Source of the DNA: Candidatus Hydrogenedentota bacterium | GTDB taxonomy: Bacteria; Hydrogenedentota; Hydrogenedentia; Hydrogenedentales; SLHB01 | NCBI GenBank assembly: GCA_036769985.1 | Contig: DAIPKA010000004.1 | Span: 161,096 to 225,095 of the forward strand | DNA: 64,000 nt | Direction of reading: 5' to 3' | Part shown: in pieces, positions 1-8,573 of the stretch | Layout of the letters: each line of letters begins with the position of its first letter | Position numbering within the stretch: position 1 is the first letter of the stretch | Notes under the pieces: model-generated | Told to the model about the DNA's origin: nothing | The model's input: the letters and a program-made list of their open reading frames with translations, nothing else | Database searches by the model: none | Made by a program: the position numbers and the translations under genes

Positions 1-4
1 TAAG

Positions 5-682
5 ATGATGCTCGACCTGAACCACGCCCAGTGCCCTATCGTCTTCACCGACAACGTCTTCTCGGTCAGAATCCGCGAGGATGCCGCCATGGACAACCAT
101 CCCGTGGTCTTGGTCACGTGGTATGGCGCCGTGGCCTACTGCAATTGGCGCAGTCGCATGGAAGGCCTGAAACCCGTGTACAACCTGGAGACCTGGGAAC
201 GCATCAAACCGGCCCCAAACGGCTACCGCCTGCCCACCGAGGCCGAATGGGAACGTGCGGCCGCGTGGGGTCCCGAGCTGGATTGGATAGCCATGCCGGA
301 CGGCACGGCGGGCGGCCATTACATCTACGCCATCCAGAGCGATACCGTCGACACAAGTAGGGCCAACTATATCAAGGCCAATCCAGCCGACCTGGATGCC
401 AACCCGCTGACATCCCCGGTGGGTTTCTTCGAGGCGCAGATGAGTCCTTCGGGCTGCTATGACATGACCGGTAACGCCATCGAATGGTGCGGCGACTGGT
501 ACGGCGCCTACGAAGCCGCCAGCCACGGAAACTACCAAGGCCCGCCCACCGGGTCGAAGCGCGTGGCGCGCGGCGGTGGCTGGAACTCCGACAGCTATAC
601 GGTCCGGGCCTCGGCCCGTGACTCCTACGGTGAGAACACAGCCCAGATCTACATCGGCTTTCGCGTGGCGCGGACGCCCTAG
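5..682 (+). CDS. FGE-sulfatase (SUMF1/formylglycine-generating-enzyme-like) domain protein; 5' end truncated by the window edge.
   Basis: Motifs RLPTEAEWERAA, GNAIEWCGDWY, RGGGWNSD and IGFRVAR are typical of the FGE-sulfatase domain. The ORF runs to position 5 with no upstream stop inside the window. Confidence 0.8.
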   Translation: MMLDLNHAQCPIVFTDNVFSVRIREDAAMDNHPVVLVTWYGAVAYCNWRSRMEGLKPVYNLETWERIKPAPNGYRLPTEAEWERAAAWGPELDWIAMPDGTAGGHYIYAIQSDTVDTSRANYIKANPADLDANPLTSPVGFFEAQMSPSGCYDMTGNAIEWCGDWYGAYEAASHGNYQGPPTGSKRVARGGGWNSDSYTVRASARDSYGENTAQIYIGFRVARTP

Positions 683-739
683 AGACGGCATCCGACACAT
701 CGAGCCGGCGTGACGCCTGCAAGGAGGAAGCCGCAGACC

Positions 740-1894
740 ATGATCGCATTCCAGTGGAACATGCCGACACGGGTCATGCTCGGCAAGAATGCCCTCGACT
801 CCCTCGCCAACGATGATTCGGGGCTGGGCCGACGCCCCCTCGTGGTGACCGGGCGAAGCTCCGCCCGCGCATCCGGCGCACTGGACCGCCTCCTCGCCCA
901 GTGGCCCAACGCCGTCGTCTTCGACAAGGTCGAAGAAAACCCCACCACCGACACCTGTGATCGCGGCGCGGCGGTCTGTCGTGAGAACAGGTGCGACCTC
1001 GTCGTGGCCATCGGAGGCGGCAGCCCCATGGACGCGGCCAAGGCTATCGCCATGCTGGCCTGCAATCCGGGACGGTGCGAAGACTACTTCGGGCGCGACG
1101 TGTTCAAGAAGGGCAATTTACCGATCATTGCCGTGCCGACAACCGCCGGCACGGGCAGCGAGGTCACGCCCTATGCCGTGATCACGGACCACGCACACAC
1201 GTTCAAGAAGACCATCGCCGGGCAAACGCTATTCCCGCAGTATGCTCTGCTGGACCCGACGCTCTCCGTGTCCATGTCCGCCACCATCACCGCCAATACA
1301 GGCTTTGACGCACTCAGCCACGCCGTCGAAGGCATGATCTCACTCAAATCCACTCCACTCGGCGATGCCCTCGCTCTCGAGAGTTGCCGCGTCATCCGGC
1401 AGTGGCTCCCTCGGGCGGTCGAGGCACCGGACGACCTCGAGGCGCGCGGTCAAATGCTCTATGCCGCCATGCTGGCAGGTTGCGTCATCGCTCAGAGCGG
1501 CACCACCGCCATCCACGGCATGGGCTACTACTTCACCCTCGAGTTCGGCCTCCCTCACGGACTCGCCAACGCCCTCCTGCTCATCCCCGCCTTCGAACGC
1601 AATGCACGCTGTCTCCCTGACAAAGTCGCCGCCATCGCCAACGCCCTCGGCCATCCCGCCGCACCAAGTGCTGACCACGCGGGACGCGCCTTCCGCCAGG
1701 CCATCATCGACCTCGCCGGACAGGTGGGCCTTGACTTGTCCGCAAACAACGCCGGCGTGGCAAGGGAGGCCTTGCGGCCATTCGCGGAGAGCATCGTCGC
1801 CGACCGGCCCCGCTTCAAAAACCAGACCGGCGATTGGTCCCTCGAGGACGTGGCCGCCGTATTCGAAGACGCATGGTCCGGCCCCACGGCATAG
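740..1894 (+). CDS. Iron-containing (group III) alcohol dehydrogenase.
   Basis: GGGSPMDAAKAIA and AVPTTAGTGSEVT motifs; an AAGGAGG RBS sits about 12 nt upstream of the ATG at 740. The track ORF starts earlier at 710. Confidence 0.85.
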   Translation: MIAFQWNMPTRVMLGKNALDSLANDDSGLGRRPLVVTGRSSARASGALDRLLAQWPNAVVFDKVEENPTTDTCDRGAAVCRENRCDLVVAIGGGSPMDAAKAIAMLACNPGRCEDYFGRDVFKKGNLPIIAVPTTAGTGSEVTPYAVITDHAHTFKKTIAGQTLFPQYALLDPTLSVSMSATITANTGFDALSHAVEGMISLKSTPLGDALALESCRVIRQWLPRAVEAPDDLEARGQMLYAAMLAGCVIAQSGTTAIHGMGYYFTLEFGLPHGLANALLLIPAFERNARCLPDKVAAIANALGHPAAPSADHAGRAFRQAIIDLAGQVGLDLSANNAGVAREALRPFAESIVADRPRFKNQTGDWSLEDVAAVFEDAWSGPTA

Positions 1895-1958
1895 CCGCGA
1901 CATGCGCACACAATATTTATTGTTAATCACAGTTATCGCAATACAGTCATCCGCCAGG

Positions 1959-1987
1959 TTGACACGGCCCAGGCCAATTCTTACAAT
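1959..1987 (+). promoter_or_regulatory. Near-consensus sigma70-type promoter (TTGACA-N17-TACAAT) upstream of smg-topA-xer.
   Basis: TTGACA at 1959-1964, a 17-nt spacer, then TACAAT at 1982-1987. It lies in an AT-richer intergenic region about 55 nt before the first gene of a co-directional cluster. Confidence 0.35.
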
Positions 1988-2043
1988 ACCCATCATCAAA
2001 CCCCTGCTTCGTGACGACACGGAAGAGGGACAGGAGTATGTTG

Positions 2044-2502
2044 ATGAAGCCACAGATTACGGAACTCGTAGACGTCATTCTCCACATCATCCAAGAATAT
2101 CCGGAGAACTCGTTGACGGAGACGACCGTACGCTCTTGGCTGTCCAACCGTGGATACAAGAAGCGCGACATCGAGGCGGCGATGAAGCTGGTGAAGCCCC
2201 GGTTCGCGTCGTGCAAACCCACCCCGGTGCACCGCCCAGCGTCGATCCGAACCCTTTCGCCGCGCGAGCAACAGCAGCTCTCGCCGGAGGCCCGGAACGC
2301 CTTGGCGCGCCTCGAACTCTACGGACTCCTGAGCCCCTCGGAACGAGAGTTGATCCTTCACCACCTGGACCATTTTGAGGGTGAAGTTGGCGTAGATGAA
2401 TTGGACTATCTGTTGTCGTGGCTGATCTGCGGCGATCGGAACGTCGAGTTCCAGCAAACCGTGGCTAACACATTGGACGACAACCTTCGCGGCCTGCACT
2501 GA
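2044..2502 (+). CDS. smg: Smg-like protein (DUF494).
   Basis: About 150 aa, acidic C-terminus, positioned immediately upstream of topA as in many bacteria. The call rests on local similarity to E. coli Smg (ETTVRSWLSNRGY..., ELILHHLDHFEGE...). An AGGAG RBS lies before the ATG at 2044; the track offers 2011 or 2038 as alternatives. Confidence 0.55.
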   Translation: MKPQITELVDVILHIIQEYPENSLTETTVRSWLSNRGYKKRDIEAAMKLVKPRFASCKPTPVHRPASIRTLSPREQQQLSPEARNALARLELYGLLSPSERELILHHLDHFEGEVGVDELDYLLSWLICGDRNVEFQQTVANTLDDNLRGLH

Positions 2503-2698
2503 GGCGCCCAGGGCGCGCCTCGCCGAGCGGCGGGCGGATGGGCGTCAAGCGTTGATATGACATGTGAAGCCACGAGGGCAAGCCGCCGTCGTATTGCCGT
2601 TTTCCCGCTGGGCGCGCTCGAACGGGGCGCAGAGGCGTTGCCATCCGGAGGCGGGACAGCCGCTGCAGTGAACGAGAGTCTCTCAGGAGTGAATACGT

Positions 2699-5098
2699 AT
2701 GGGCAAGTGCCTGGTAGTGGTCGAGTCGCCGGCGAAAGCGCGGACGATCAGCAAGTTGCTTGGTTCAAACTACGTGGTGCGGGCAAGCAACGGACACGTG
2801 CGCGATCTTCCCAAGAACTCGTTGGGCGTGGACATTGAGAATGGTTTCGCGCCGAAGTACCTTCCCCTCCCGGACTCGGCGGCGGCGATCAAGCACATCC
2901 GCGAGGCCGCGAAGAAGGTGGATCGGATCCTGCTGGCCTCCGACCCGGACCGTGAAGGGGAGGCCATCGGTTGGCACGTGGCCCAACTGCTCAAGCGCTC
3001 GGGCAAACCCATCCAGCGCATCGAGTTCAATGCCATCACCAAACGCAACGTAACCGAAGCCGTCAAGCACCCGCGGGACATCGATCAGGATCTGGTCGAT
3101 GCCCAGCAGGCCCGCCGAATCCTCGATCGCTTGGTTGGATACAAGATCAGCCCTCTCCTCCAATGGCGTGTTCGTCGAGGCCTCAGCGCGGGACGTGTTC
3201 AGTCCGTAGCCGTTCGGATGGTCTGCGACCGCGAGGCCGAGATCCGCAGCTTCGTTCCCGAGGAGTACTGGACCATCGACGCCGTGCTGAAGACCGTGCA
3301 CGAGGAGATGATGACCGCGCGCCTCGCGATGATCCGCGGCGAGAAAGCCCGCGTCGTGAACGAGGCCGGAGCGCGCGCCATTGTGGCCGACCTCGAGAAC
3401 GCCGAGTATCGCGTGGCGAGTGTCGAGCGCAAGGAGGTCCGCCGGCATCCCTATGCGCCGTTCATCACCAGCACCCTTCAGCAAGAGGCGGCCCGAAAAC
3501 TCCGGTTCAGCCCGCGCCAGACCATGCGGATCGCTCAGGTGCTGTACGAAGGCGTGACCGTCGGCGACGAGGGCCAGGTCGGCATTATCACCTATATGCG
3601 CACGGACTCGACCCGGATCGATCCGGAAGCGATCGCCGAGGTCCGCGACTATATCGGCCGGAACTTCGAGCCCACCATGCTGCCCGAAAGCCCCAACGTG
3701 TACCGAAGCAAGCGGGGCGCCCAGGATGCGCACGAGGCCATTCGGCCGACATCCGCATTCCGAACACCCGACTCCCTCGCGGCGTACCTCGACGCCGATC
3801 AGCTCAAGCTGTATACCCTAATCTGGCAGCGGTTTGTGGCATCCCAGATGGCCTCCGCGGTGCTGGACCAGACGACCGTGGACGTCGCGGCGAAGGAGTA
3901 CGTGTTCCGCGCAACGGGCTCCGTGGTGAAGTTCGCCGGATTCACGAAGCTGTATGAAGAAAGCGCGGATGACTCAACCAAGAACGGTCGCGACGCGGAA
4001 GCGGATCGATCCATACCGGCGGTTGCGGAAGGCGAACGACTGTCGGTCCAGGAACTGAGGCCGGAACAGCACTTCACGAAGCCGCCGCCCCGTTACTCGG
4101 AGGCAAGCCTCATCCGAGCCCTCGAAGAGAATGGCATCGGCCGGCCCAGCACCTACGCGCCGACGATCAACACCATCCAGGATCGCGGGTACGTGACGCG
4201 CGAGAAGGCCTATCTCCGGCCGACGGAACTCGGCGAACAGGTCAACGCACTTCTACTCGAGAGCTTCCCCGACATCCTCGACATCAACTTCACCGCCAGC
4301 CTCGAAGAGGATCTTGACCACGTCGAGGAAGGACGGCGGTCATGGTCCGAGTTGCTGGCGGCCTTCTACTCCGGCTTCAGCCGGAATCTCCGAACGGCTC
4401 AGCAGCGGATGGTGGGCGAACAGGCGGAAGGTGATGCGCCGTGTCCGGAATGTGGGAAGCCGATGGAGCTACGGACGGGCCGGTTCGGCCCTTTCTTGGC
4501 GTGTACGGACTACCCAACGTGCCGCGGCTCAAAACGGATCGCCAAGCCCAAGACGGTCGAGGAAACGGGCGAAACCTGCGACCAGTGCGGCGCACCCATG
4601 GTGATCCGGGAGGGCCGATTCGGCCGGTTCATGGCGTGTTCGAAATACCCGGAGTGCAAGAATACGTACAACATCGACGAAAGCGGCAACAAGATCCCGA
4701 AACAGCCCAAGGAACCGCCCAAGAAGACCCAACAGAAGTGTCCTCAGTGCGACGGATTCCTGCTCATCCGCAAGAGCCGCGCCGGCGAGGAATTCTACGG
4801 ATGCGAGCACTATCCCAAGTGCCGCTTCACGAAACCCATGGAGCTGGGCCTGAAATGCCTGCGGCCCGGATGCGACGGCAATCTCGTCACGCGCCGAGGT
4901 AAGGGGCGCCGATTCATCGGGTGCGACAAGTATCCGACGTGCGACTACACAGTCTTCGGGCAGTTGGACAAGGAAACTCCGTGTCCAACGTGCGGCAACG
5001 CGTGGACCGTTATCGCCAAAGAGCGGAATAAGTCGCGCCGGCGCAAGTGTCCTGTGCCGGGATGCCCCTTCGAGGAAGCCCTGCCCGAGGAAGAATAG
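2699..5098 (+). CDS. topA: DNA topoisomerase I with five C-terminal C4 zinc-ribbon modules.
   Basis: The N-terminal Toprim motif MGKCLVVVESPAKARTISKLLG...VRASNGHVRDLP is present. The C-terminus carries five CxxC...CxxC zinc ribbons (CPECG...CTDYPTC, CDQCG...CSKYPEC, CPQCD...CEHYPKC, CLRPGC...CDKYPTC, CPTCG...CPVPGC). An AGGAG RBS precedes the start. Confidence 0.95.
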   Translation: MGKCLVVVESPAKARTISKLLGSNYVVRASNGHVRDLPKNSLGVDIENGFAPKYLPLPDSAAAIKHIREAAKKVDRILLASDPDREGEAIGWHVAQLLKRSGKPIQRIEFNAITKRNVTEAVKHPRDIDQDLVDAQQARRILDRLVGYKISPLLQWRVRRGLSAGRVQSVAVRMVCDREAEIRSFVPEEYWTIDAVLKTVHEEMMTARLAMIRGEKARVVNEAGARAIVADLENAEYRVASVERKEVRRHPYAPFITSTLQQEAARKLRFSPRQTMRIAQVLYEGVTVGDEGQVGIITYMRTDSTRIDPEAIAEVRDYIGRNFEPTMLPESPNVYRSKRGAQDAHEAIRPTSAFRTPDSLAAYLDADQLKLYTLIWQRFVASQMASAVLDQTTVDVAAKEYVFRATGSVVKFAGFTKLYEESADDSTKNGRDAEADRSIPAVAEGERLSVQELRPEQHFTKPPPRYSEASLIRALEENGIGRPSTYAPTINTIQDRGYVTREKAYLRPTELGEQVNALLLESFPDILDINFTASLEEDLDHVEEGRRSWSELLAAFYSGFSRNLRTAQQRMVGEQAEGDAPCPECGKPMELRTGRFGPFLACTDYPTCRGSKRIAKPKTVEETGETCDQCGAPMVIREGRFGRFMACSKYPECKNTYNIDESGNKIPKQPKEPPKKTQQKCPQCDGFLLIRKSRAGEEFYGCEHYPKCRFTKPMELGLKCLRPGCDGNLVTRRGKGRRFIGCDKYPTCDYTVFGQLDKETPCPTCGNAWTVIAKERNKSRRRKCPVPGCPFEEALPEEE

Positions 5099-5101
5099 GC
5101 G

Positions 5102-6106
5102 ATGGCCGAAAACGACAGCGGCGACGACGCCAGCCAGGAAACGCCGCCGTCGCGTATTTCTGCCGACGCTGACGCGTCGCGTGACCGAGACATCGCTCGG
5201 TTCGCCGACTACCTCCGATTCGAGCGCGGGTTCTCCGAGCACACCCTGCGTGCGTATCTCCGCGACTTGGACCAGTTCTGCGACTTCGTGACCTCGGGCC
5301 CGAAAGCCCTCGCCGAAGATGACCGAGCACGGGACGGCGCCACCTTCGCGGCCATTAGGAAGGCGTCGAGAACCTCCGTCCGCGCCTTCCTGGCCCACGT
5401 GCAAACCTCGGGCGGATCCCCGCGCACCTCGGCCCGCAAACTCGCCGCCATCCGCGCCGCCTACAGCTTCTTCGTCCGCGTCGGCGATCTTGAGACCAAC
5501 CCGGCGGCCTCGGTGAGAAGCCCAAAGCTCGGCCACGATCTGCCCGACGTGCTGAGCATCCCCGAAGTCACGGCGCTGCTCGAAGCGCCCAACACCACCA
5601 CGCCCCTCGGCAAGCGCGACCGGGCGCTCCTCGAGGTACTCTATTCGAGCGGCATCCGGGCCAGCGAACTGGCCGGACTCACCCTGGACGCCATGGATCT
5701 CGAGCGCGGCACCATCACGGTACTCGGCAAGCGACAGAAAGAGCGCATTGCGCCGCTCGGCTCCTACGCCGTCAATGCCGTCCTGGACTACCTCGCCGTC
5801 CGCAAATCCCTCGGCAATCCGAATCACGATCGATTCCTGGTGAACCGACTCGGCGGACCGCTAACAACACGGAGCATTCAGCGCGTGGTCGAGCGCTACG
5901 TACTCGAAGTGTTGCCCGGCCGGACTTCCGTTTCGCCGCATACCTTGCGCCATACCTTCGCGACGCACATGCTCAATGGCGGCGCCGATCTGCGCGTGGT
6001 CCAAGAGCTTCTCGGCCACGAGAGTCTCACGAGCACCCAGATCTACACGCATGTCAGCATCGACCGGCTCAAAGAGGTCTATCGCCACGCCCATCCGCAC
6101 GCGTGA
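5102..6106 (+). CDS. Tyrosine site-specific recombinase, XerC/XerD family.
   Basis: N-terminal core-binding region ARFADYLRFERGFSEHTLRAYLRDL. C-terminal catalytic region LRHTFATHMLNGGADLRVVQELLGHESLTSTQIYTHV with R..H..R..Y. It starts 4 nt after the topA stop. Confidence 0.85.
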   Translation: MAENDSGDDASQETPPSRISADADASRDRDIARFADYLRFERGFSEHTLRAYLRDLDQFCDFVTSGPKALAEDDRARDGATFAAIRKASRTSVRAFLAHVQTSGGSPRTSARKLAAIRAAYSFFVRVGDLETNPAASVRSPKLGHDLPDVLSIPEVTALLEAPNTTTPLGKRDRALLEVLYSSGIRASELAGLTLDAMDLERGTITVLGKRQKERIAPLGSYAVNAVLDYLAVRKSLGNPNHDRFLVNRLGGPLTTRSIQRVVERYVLEVLPGRTSVSPHTLRHTFATHMLNGGADLRVVQELLGHESLTSTQIYTHVSIDRLKEVYRHAHPHA

Positions 6107-6112
6107 CGGCCA

Positions 6113-7669
6113 TCACGCGCTCGGCCCCCAGATACTCGTAGGCCCCTCATTGCGCTGCGGCGTGCCGGGCGTGCTGCGGCCGTTCTCGACGTACTGCCCG
6201 AGGAGTCTCGTGAGGCGCTCGACGATCTCCGGATGCTGATCGCAGACATTCAAGGTTTCGGCGACATCCTTCTCAAGGTCGTAGAGCTGGATCGGCGGCA
6301 AACCCATCGTCCGCGCCTCCTGGGGTTTCGGAGGGCTCCAGCCGCCGCTGCCCGAACACAGCTCAAGCTTCCACCGCCCTTGCCGAATCGAGAGCGAACC
6401 GTTGATGGAAGCCTGGACTGTCGCCTCGCGGAGGGGGGCCGCAAGAACCTCGCCGCGCAGGACCGGCAGCAGGCTGTAACTGTCCTCGCCGGCGTTGTCC
6501 GGCAACGTAGCGCCGACGATGGCCGCCGCCGTCCCGAGGAGATCGGTGAGGCAGACGGTCTCAGCGCACATAGCGCCGGCCGGCACCACGTTCGGCCAGC
6601 GAACGAGATACGGAATGCGATGGCCGCCCTCAAAGATATCGGCCTTGTAACCTCGGAACACATAACTTGGATCGTGACCGAGCTTCTCGAGGAGCGGGAA
6701 GTTGGCCTTGGGCGAACAGCCGTTGTCGCTCGTGAAAACGACCAGCGTGTTCTCGGCGAGGCCGTGCGAGTCGAGCGCGTCGAGCACGCGCCCAACCACG
6801 GCATCGACTTCCATCACGAAATCGGCATACGGATTAAGGCCGCTCGCGTCCTTGAACGGCTCGTTCGGCACAATCGGCGTGTGCGGCGCCGTGAGCGGGA
6901 AATAGAGAAAGAACGGCCCACCAGCATCGGCTCGGTCCTGGATGTATTCGACGGCCTTGGCCGTGAGCGTGGGCAGGACATCGTGACAGTCGAAGCCCGG
7001 CAGCGCCTCGCCGGGCCGCCAGAACGCGTAGTCCCCACCGCCCTCGGCGTGGGCCGTCGGTAGGGCCACGCACGCGTCGTCCTCGATATAGACGTAAGGC
7101 GGCATATCGAGCGACGCCGGAATGCAGAAGTTGTAACCGAATCCGAGGTCCCGAGGGCCGTGCTGCACCGGTTTCGCGTAGTCGACGCTGCCATCTTCCG
7201 CCTTGCCCTGGCCTTCCCTAAGCGCCCAGTCCCAGCCGAGATGCCATTTGCCCACGCAGGCCGTGTGGTAACCGTGTTGCTTGAGCAACGAGGCCACCGT
7301 CATCCGCTCCGGCGAAATGAGGTGGCGCGAATAGCCGTCGAGCACGCCCTGTTTGAGCGTCGAGCGCCAGGGATAGCGACCGGTGAGAATGCCATAGCGC
7401 GTGGGCGTGCACACCGCCGACGGCGAATGGGCGTCCGTGAACACCATGCCTTCACGCCCGATGCGATCGATGTTGGGCGTCCGGATCTTCGAGTCGCGAT
7501 TCAGACACGACACGTCGCCGTAGCCCAAGTCATCGGCCAGGATGTAGACGATATTCGGCATGTTCGAAGCCTTCGCCGCAGCCCGGGCGCCCGCGCTGCG
7601 CGCCAGCACCGCCGTGCCACTCGCGGCTGCCGCCCGCCGCAGAAACGCCCGCCGGCTCAGTGATTGCAT
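6113..7669 (-). CDS. Sulfatase (arylsulfatase family) with a twin-arginine signal peptide.
   Basis: TAT motif SRRAFLRRAAAASG. Sulfatase signature CTPTRYGILTGRY (C-x-P-x-R) and the N-terminal metal-binding block IVYILADDLGYGD. A GAGGAG RBS precedes the ATG at 7669; the track ORF extends to 7705. Confidence 0.9.
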   Translation of the reverse strand: MQSLSRRAFLRRAAAASGTAVLARSAGARAAAKASNMPNIVYILADDLGYGDVSCLNRDSKIRTPNIDRIGREGMVFTDAHSPSAVCTPTRYGILTGRYPWRSTLKQGVLDGYSRHLISPERMTVASLLKQHGYHTACVGKWHLGWDWALREGQGKAEDGSVDYAKPVQHGPRDLGFGYNFCIPASLDMPPYVYIEDDACVALPTAHAEGGGDYAFWRPGEALPGFDCHDVLPTLTAKAVEYIQDRADAGGPFFLYFPLTAPHTPIVPNEPFKDASGLNPYADFVMEVDAVVGRVLDALDSHGLAENTLVVFTSDNGCSPKANFPLLEKLGHDPSYVFRGYKADIFEGGHRIPYLVRWPNVVPAGAMCAETVCLTDLLGTAAAIVGATLPDNAGEDSYSLLPVLRGEVLAAPLREATVQASINGSLSIRQGRWKLELCSGSGGWSPPKPQEARTMGLPPIQLYDLEKDVAETLNVCDQHPEIVERLTRLLGQYVENGRSTPGTPQRNEGPTSIWGPSA

Positions 7670-7739
7670 GAGCTCCTCTCCTCTTCTTTCGAGTGCCGTG
7701 ACCACTCCCGCTTATCACCTAGCAGCGAGAACCCCGCTT

Positions 7740-8002
7740 CTGTCATCTCGAGCGAAGCGAGAGATCTCCCTCGACATTCCTTACGCGCGTCCGCAGGAAA
7801 CAGGCACTATCCGTGCCTGTCCGCCGCGGACGGCCCTCCTGACCAGAACACTCTCCTCTGTCATCTCGAGCGGAGCGAGAGATCTCCTTCCGAGATTGCG
7901 TCACCCGAAGACACAGACCCTCCTGCCATCTCGACGCAAGAGGTCCTCTTGGCCAAAGCGAGGGATCCGATTCTGTCATCTCGAGCGAAGCGAGAGATCT
8001 CC
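7740..8002 (+). repeat. Dispersed 29-30 nt direct repeat (c)TGTCATCTCGAGCGAAGCGAGAGATCTCC, three copies plus one degenerate copy.
   Basis: Exact or near-exact copies at 7741-7769, 7859-7887 (one A-to-G change) and 7974-8002, and a degenerate copy at 7923-7948. The spacers (about 88 nt) are unrelated to each other. The repeat contains an internal hairpin ATCTCG-agcgaag-CGAGAgAT and the palindrome GAGATCTC. Confidence 0.9.
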
Positions 8003-8080
8003 TCCGGCATCCTTCACGTGTCTTCGGAAGGGTCAAGACGCCGCTCATTGCCGTGCTGAAGGACGGCCCCTTCCTGTCTC

Positions 8081-8410
8081 TCAACACCGTTCCTCCACTC
8101 CGATCTTAACACCTTGAAACCATCCGTCACTCAGGTCCTTCCATTCCGGATTACAGGCAACCACAAGGCCGTTCTTCTTCTCGCGACGCCATTTCTTGAT
8201 CTGTTTCTCCCTCGCAATCGCGTCGCGGACATCGCCGAATTCCTCATAGTACACCAGCTTATTCACGTTGTATTTCGCGGTGAAGCCACGCACCATTTTC
8301 GCCTTGTGCTCGTAGATCCGGCGATCAATGTCGTTGGTTACGCCCACGTACATCACCCTGTCATTCTTGTTCGTCAGGAGGTAGACATAGTAGCGATGCT
8401 CTCTGCGCAT
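8081..8410 (-). CDS. Small GIY-YIG nuclease family protein (COG2827-like).
   Basis: YYVYLLTNKNDRVMYVGVTNDIDRRIYEHK is the classical GIY-YIG core. AGGAGG RBS; 109 aa. Confidence 0.9.
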   Translation of the reverse strand: MRREHRYYVYLLTNKNDRVMYVGVTNDIDRRIYEHKAKMVRGFTAKYNVNKLVYYEEFGDVRDAIAREKQIKKWRREKKNGLVVACNPEWKDLSDGWFQGVKIGVEERC

Positions 8411-8517
8411 AGGATCCTCCTAGCCGCTCCTCTGCCGGCAGGCCTGTATCGTCGTCCTGAACAAACGTGAGGAGTCGCCGCTCCTTTTACTCCAAACGAA
8501 TGCGAGAAATCGCGGAA

Positions 8518-8546
8518 GGAGATCTCTCGCTTCGCTCGAGATGACA
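8518..8546 (-). repeat. Inverted exact copy of the same 29-nt repeat.
   Basis: GGAGATCTCTCGCTTCGCTCGAGATGACA is the exact reverse complement of the 7974-8002 copy. Together the two bracket the GIY-YIG gene. Confidence 0.9.
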
Positions 8547-8573
8547 GGTGGGGACACCGGCGATTCGGAACGG

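Larger units (their letters stand above)
7974..8546. mobile_element. Candidate miniature mobile unit: a GIY-YIG gene flanked by 29-nt inverted repeats.
   Basis: IR-left at 7974-8002 and IR-right at 8518-8546 are perfect inverted copies enclosing a single 109-aa GIY-YIG ORF. More solo copies lie upstream. I saw no target-site duplication. Confidence 0.3.

Noticed and set aside
7560-8117. ORFs of 131-185 aa running through the repeat array (translations contain a repeated HLERSERSP).
   Set aside because: The repetition comes from the DNA repeats. There is no RBS and no homology. Treated as non-coding.
7740-8547. Possible CRISPR array (29-nt repeats with unique spacers).
   Set aside because: There are only three full direct copies. 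The spacers are about 88 nt, far longer than CRISPR spacers. One copy is inverted on the other side of a gene. No cas genes are nearby. A TIR or repeat-family reading fits better.
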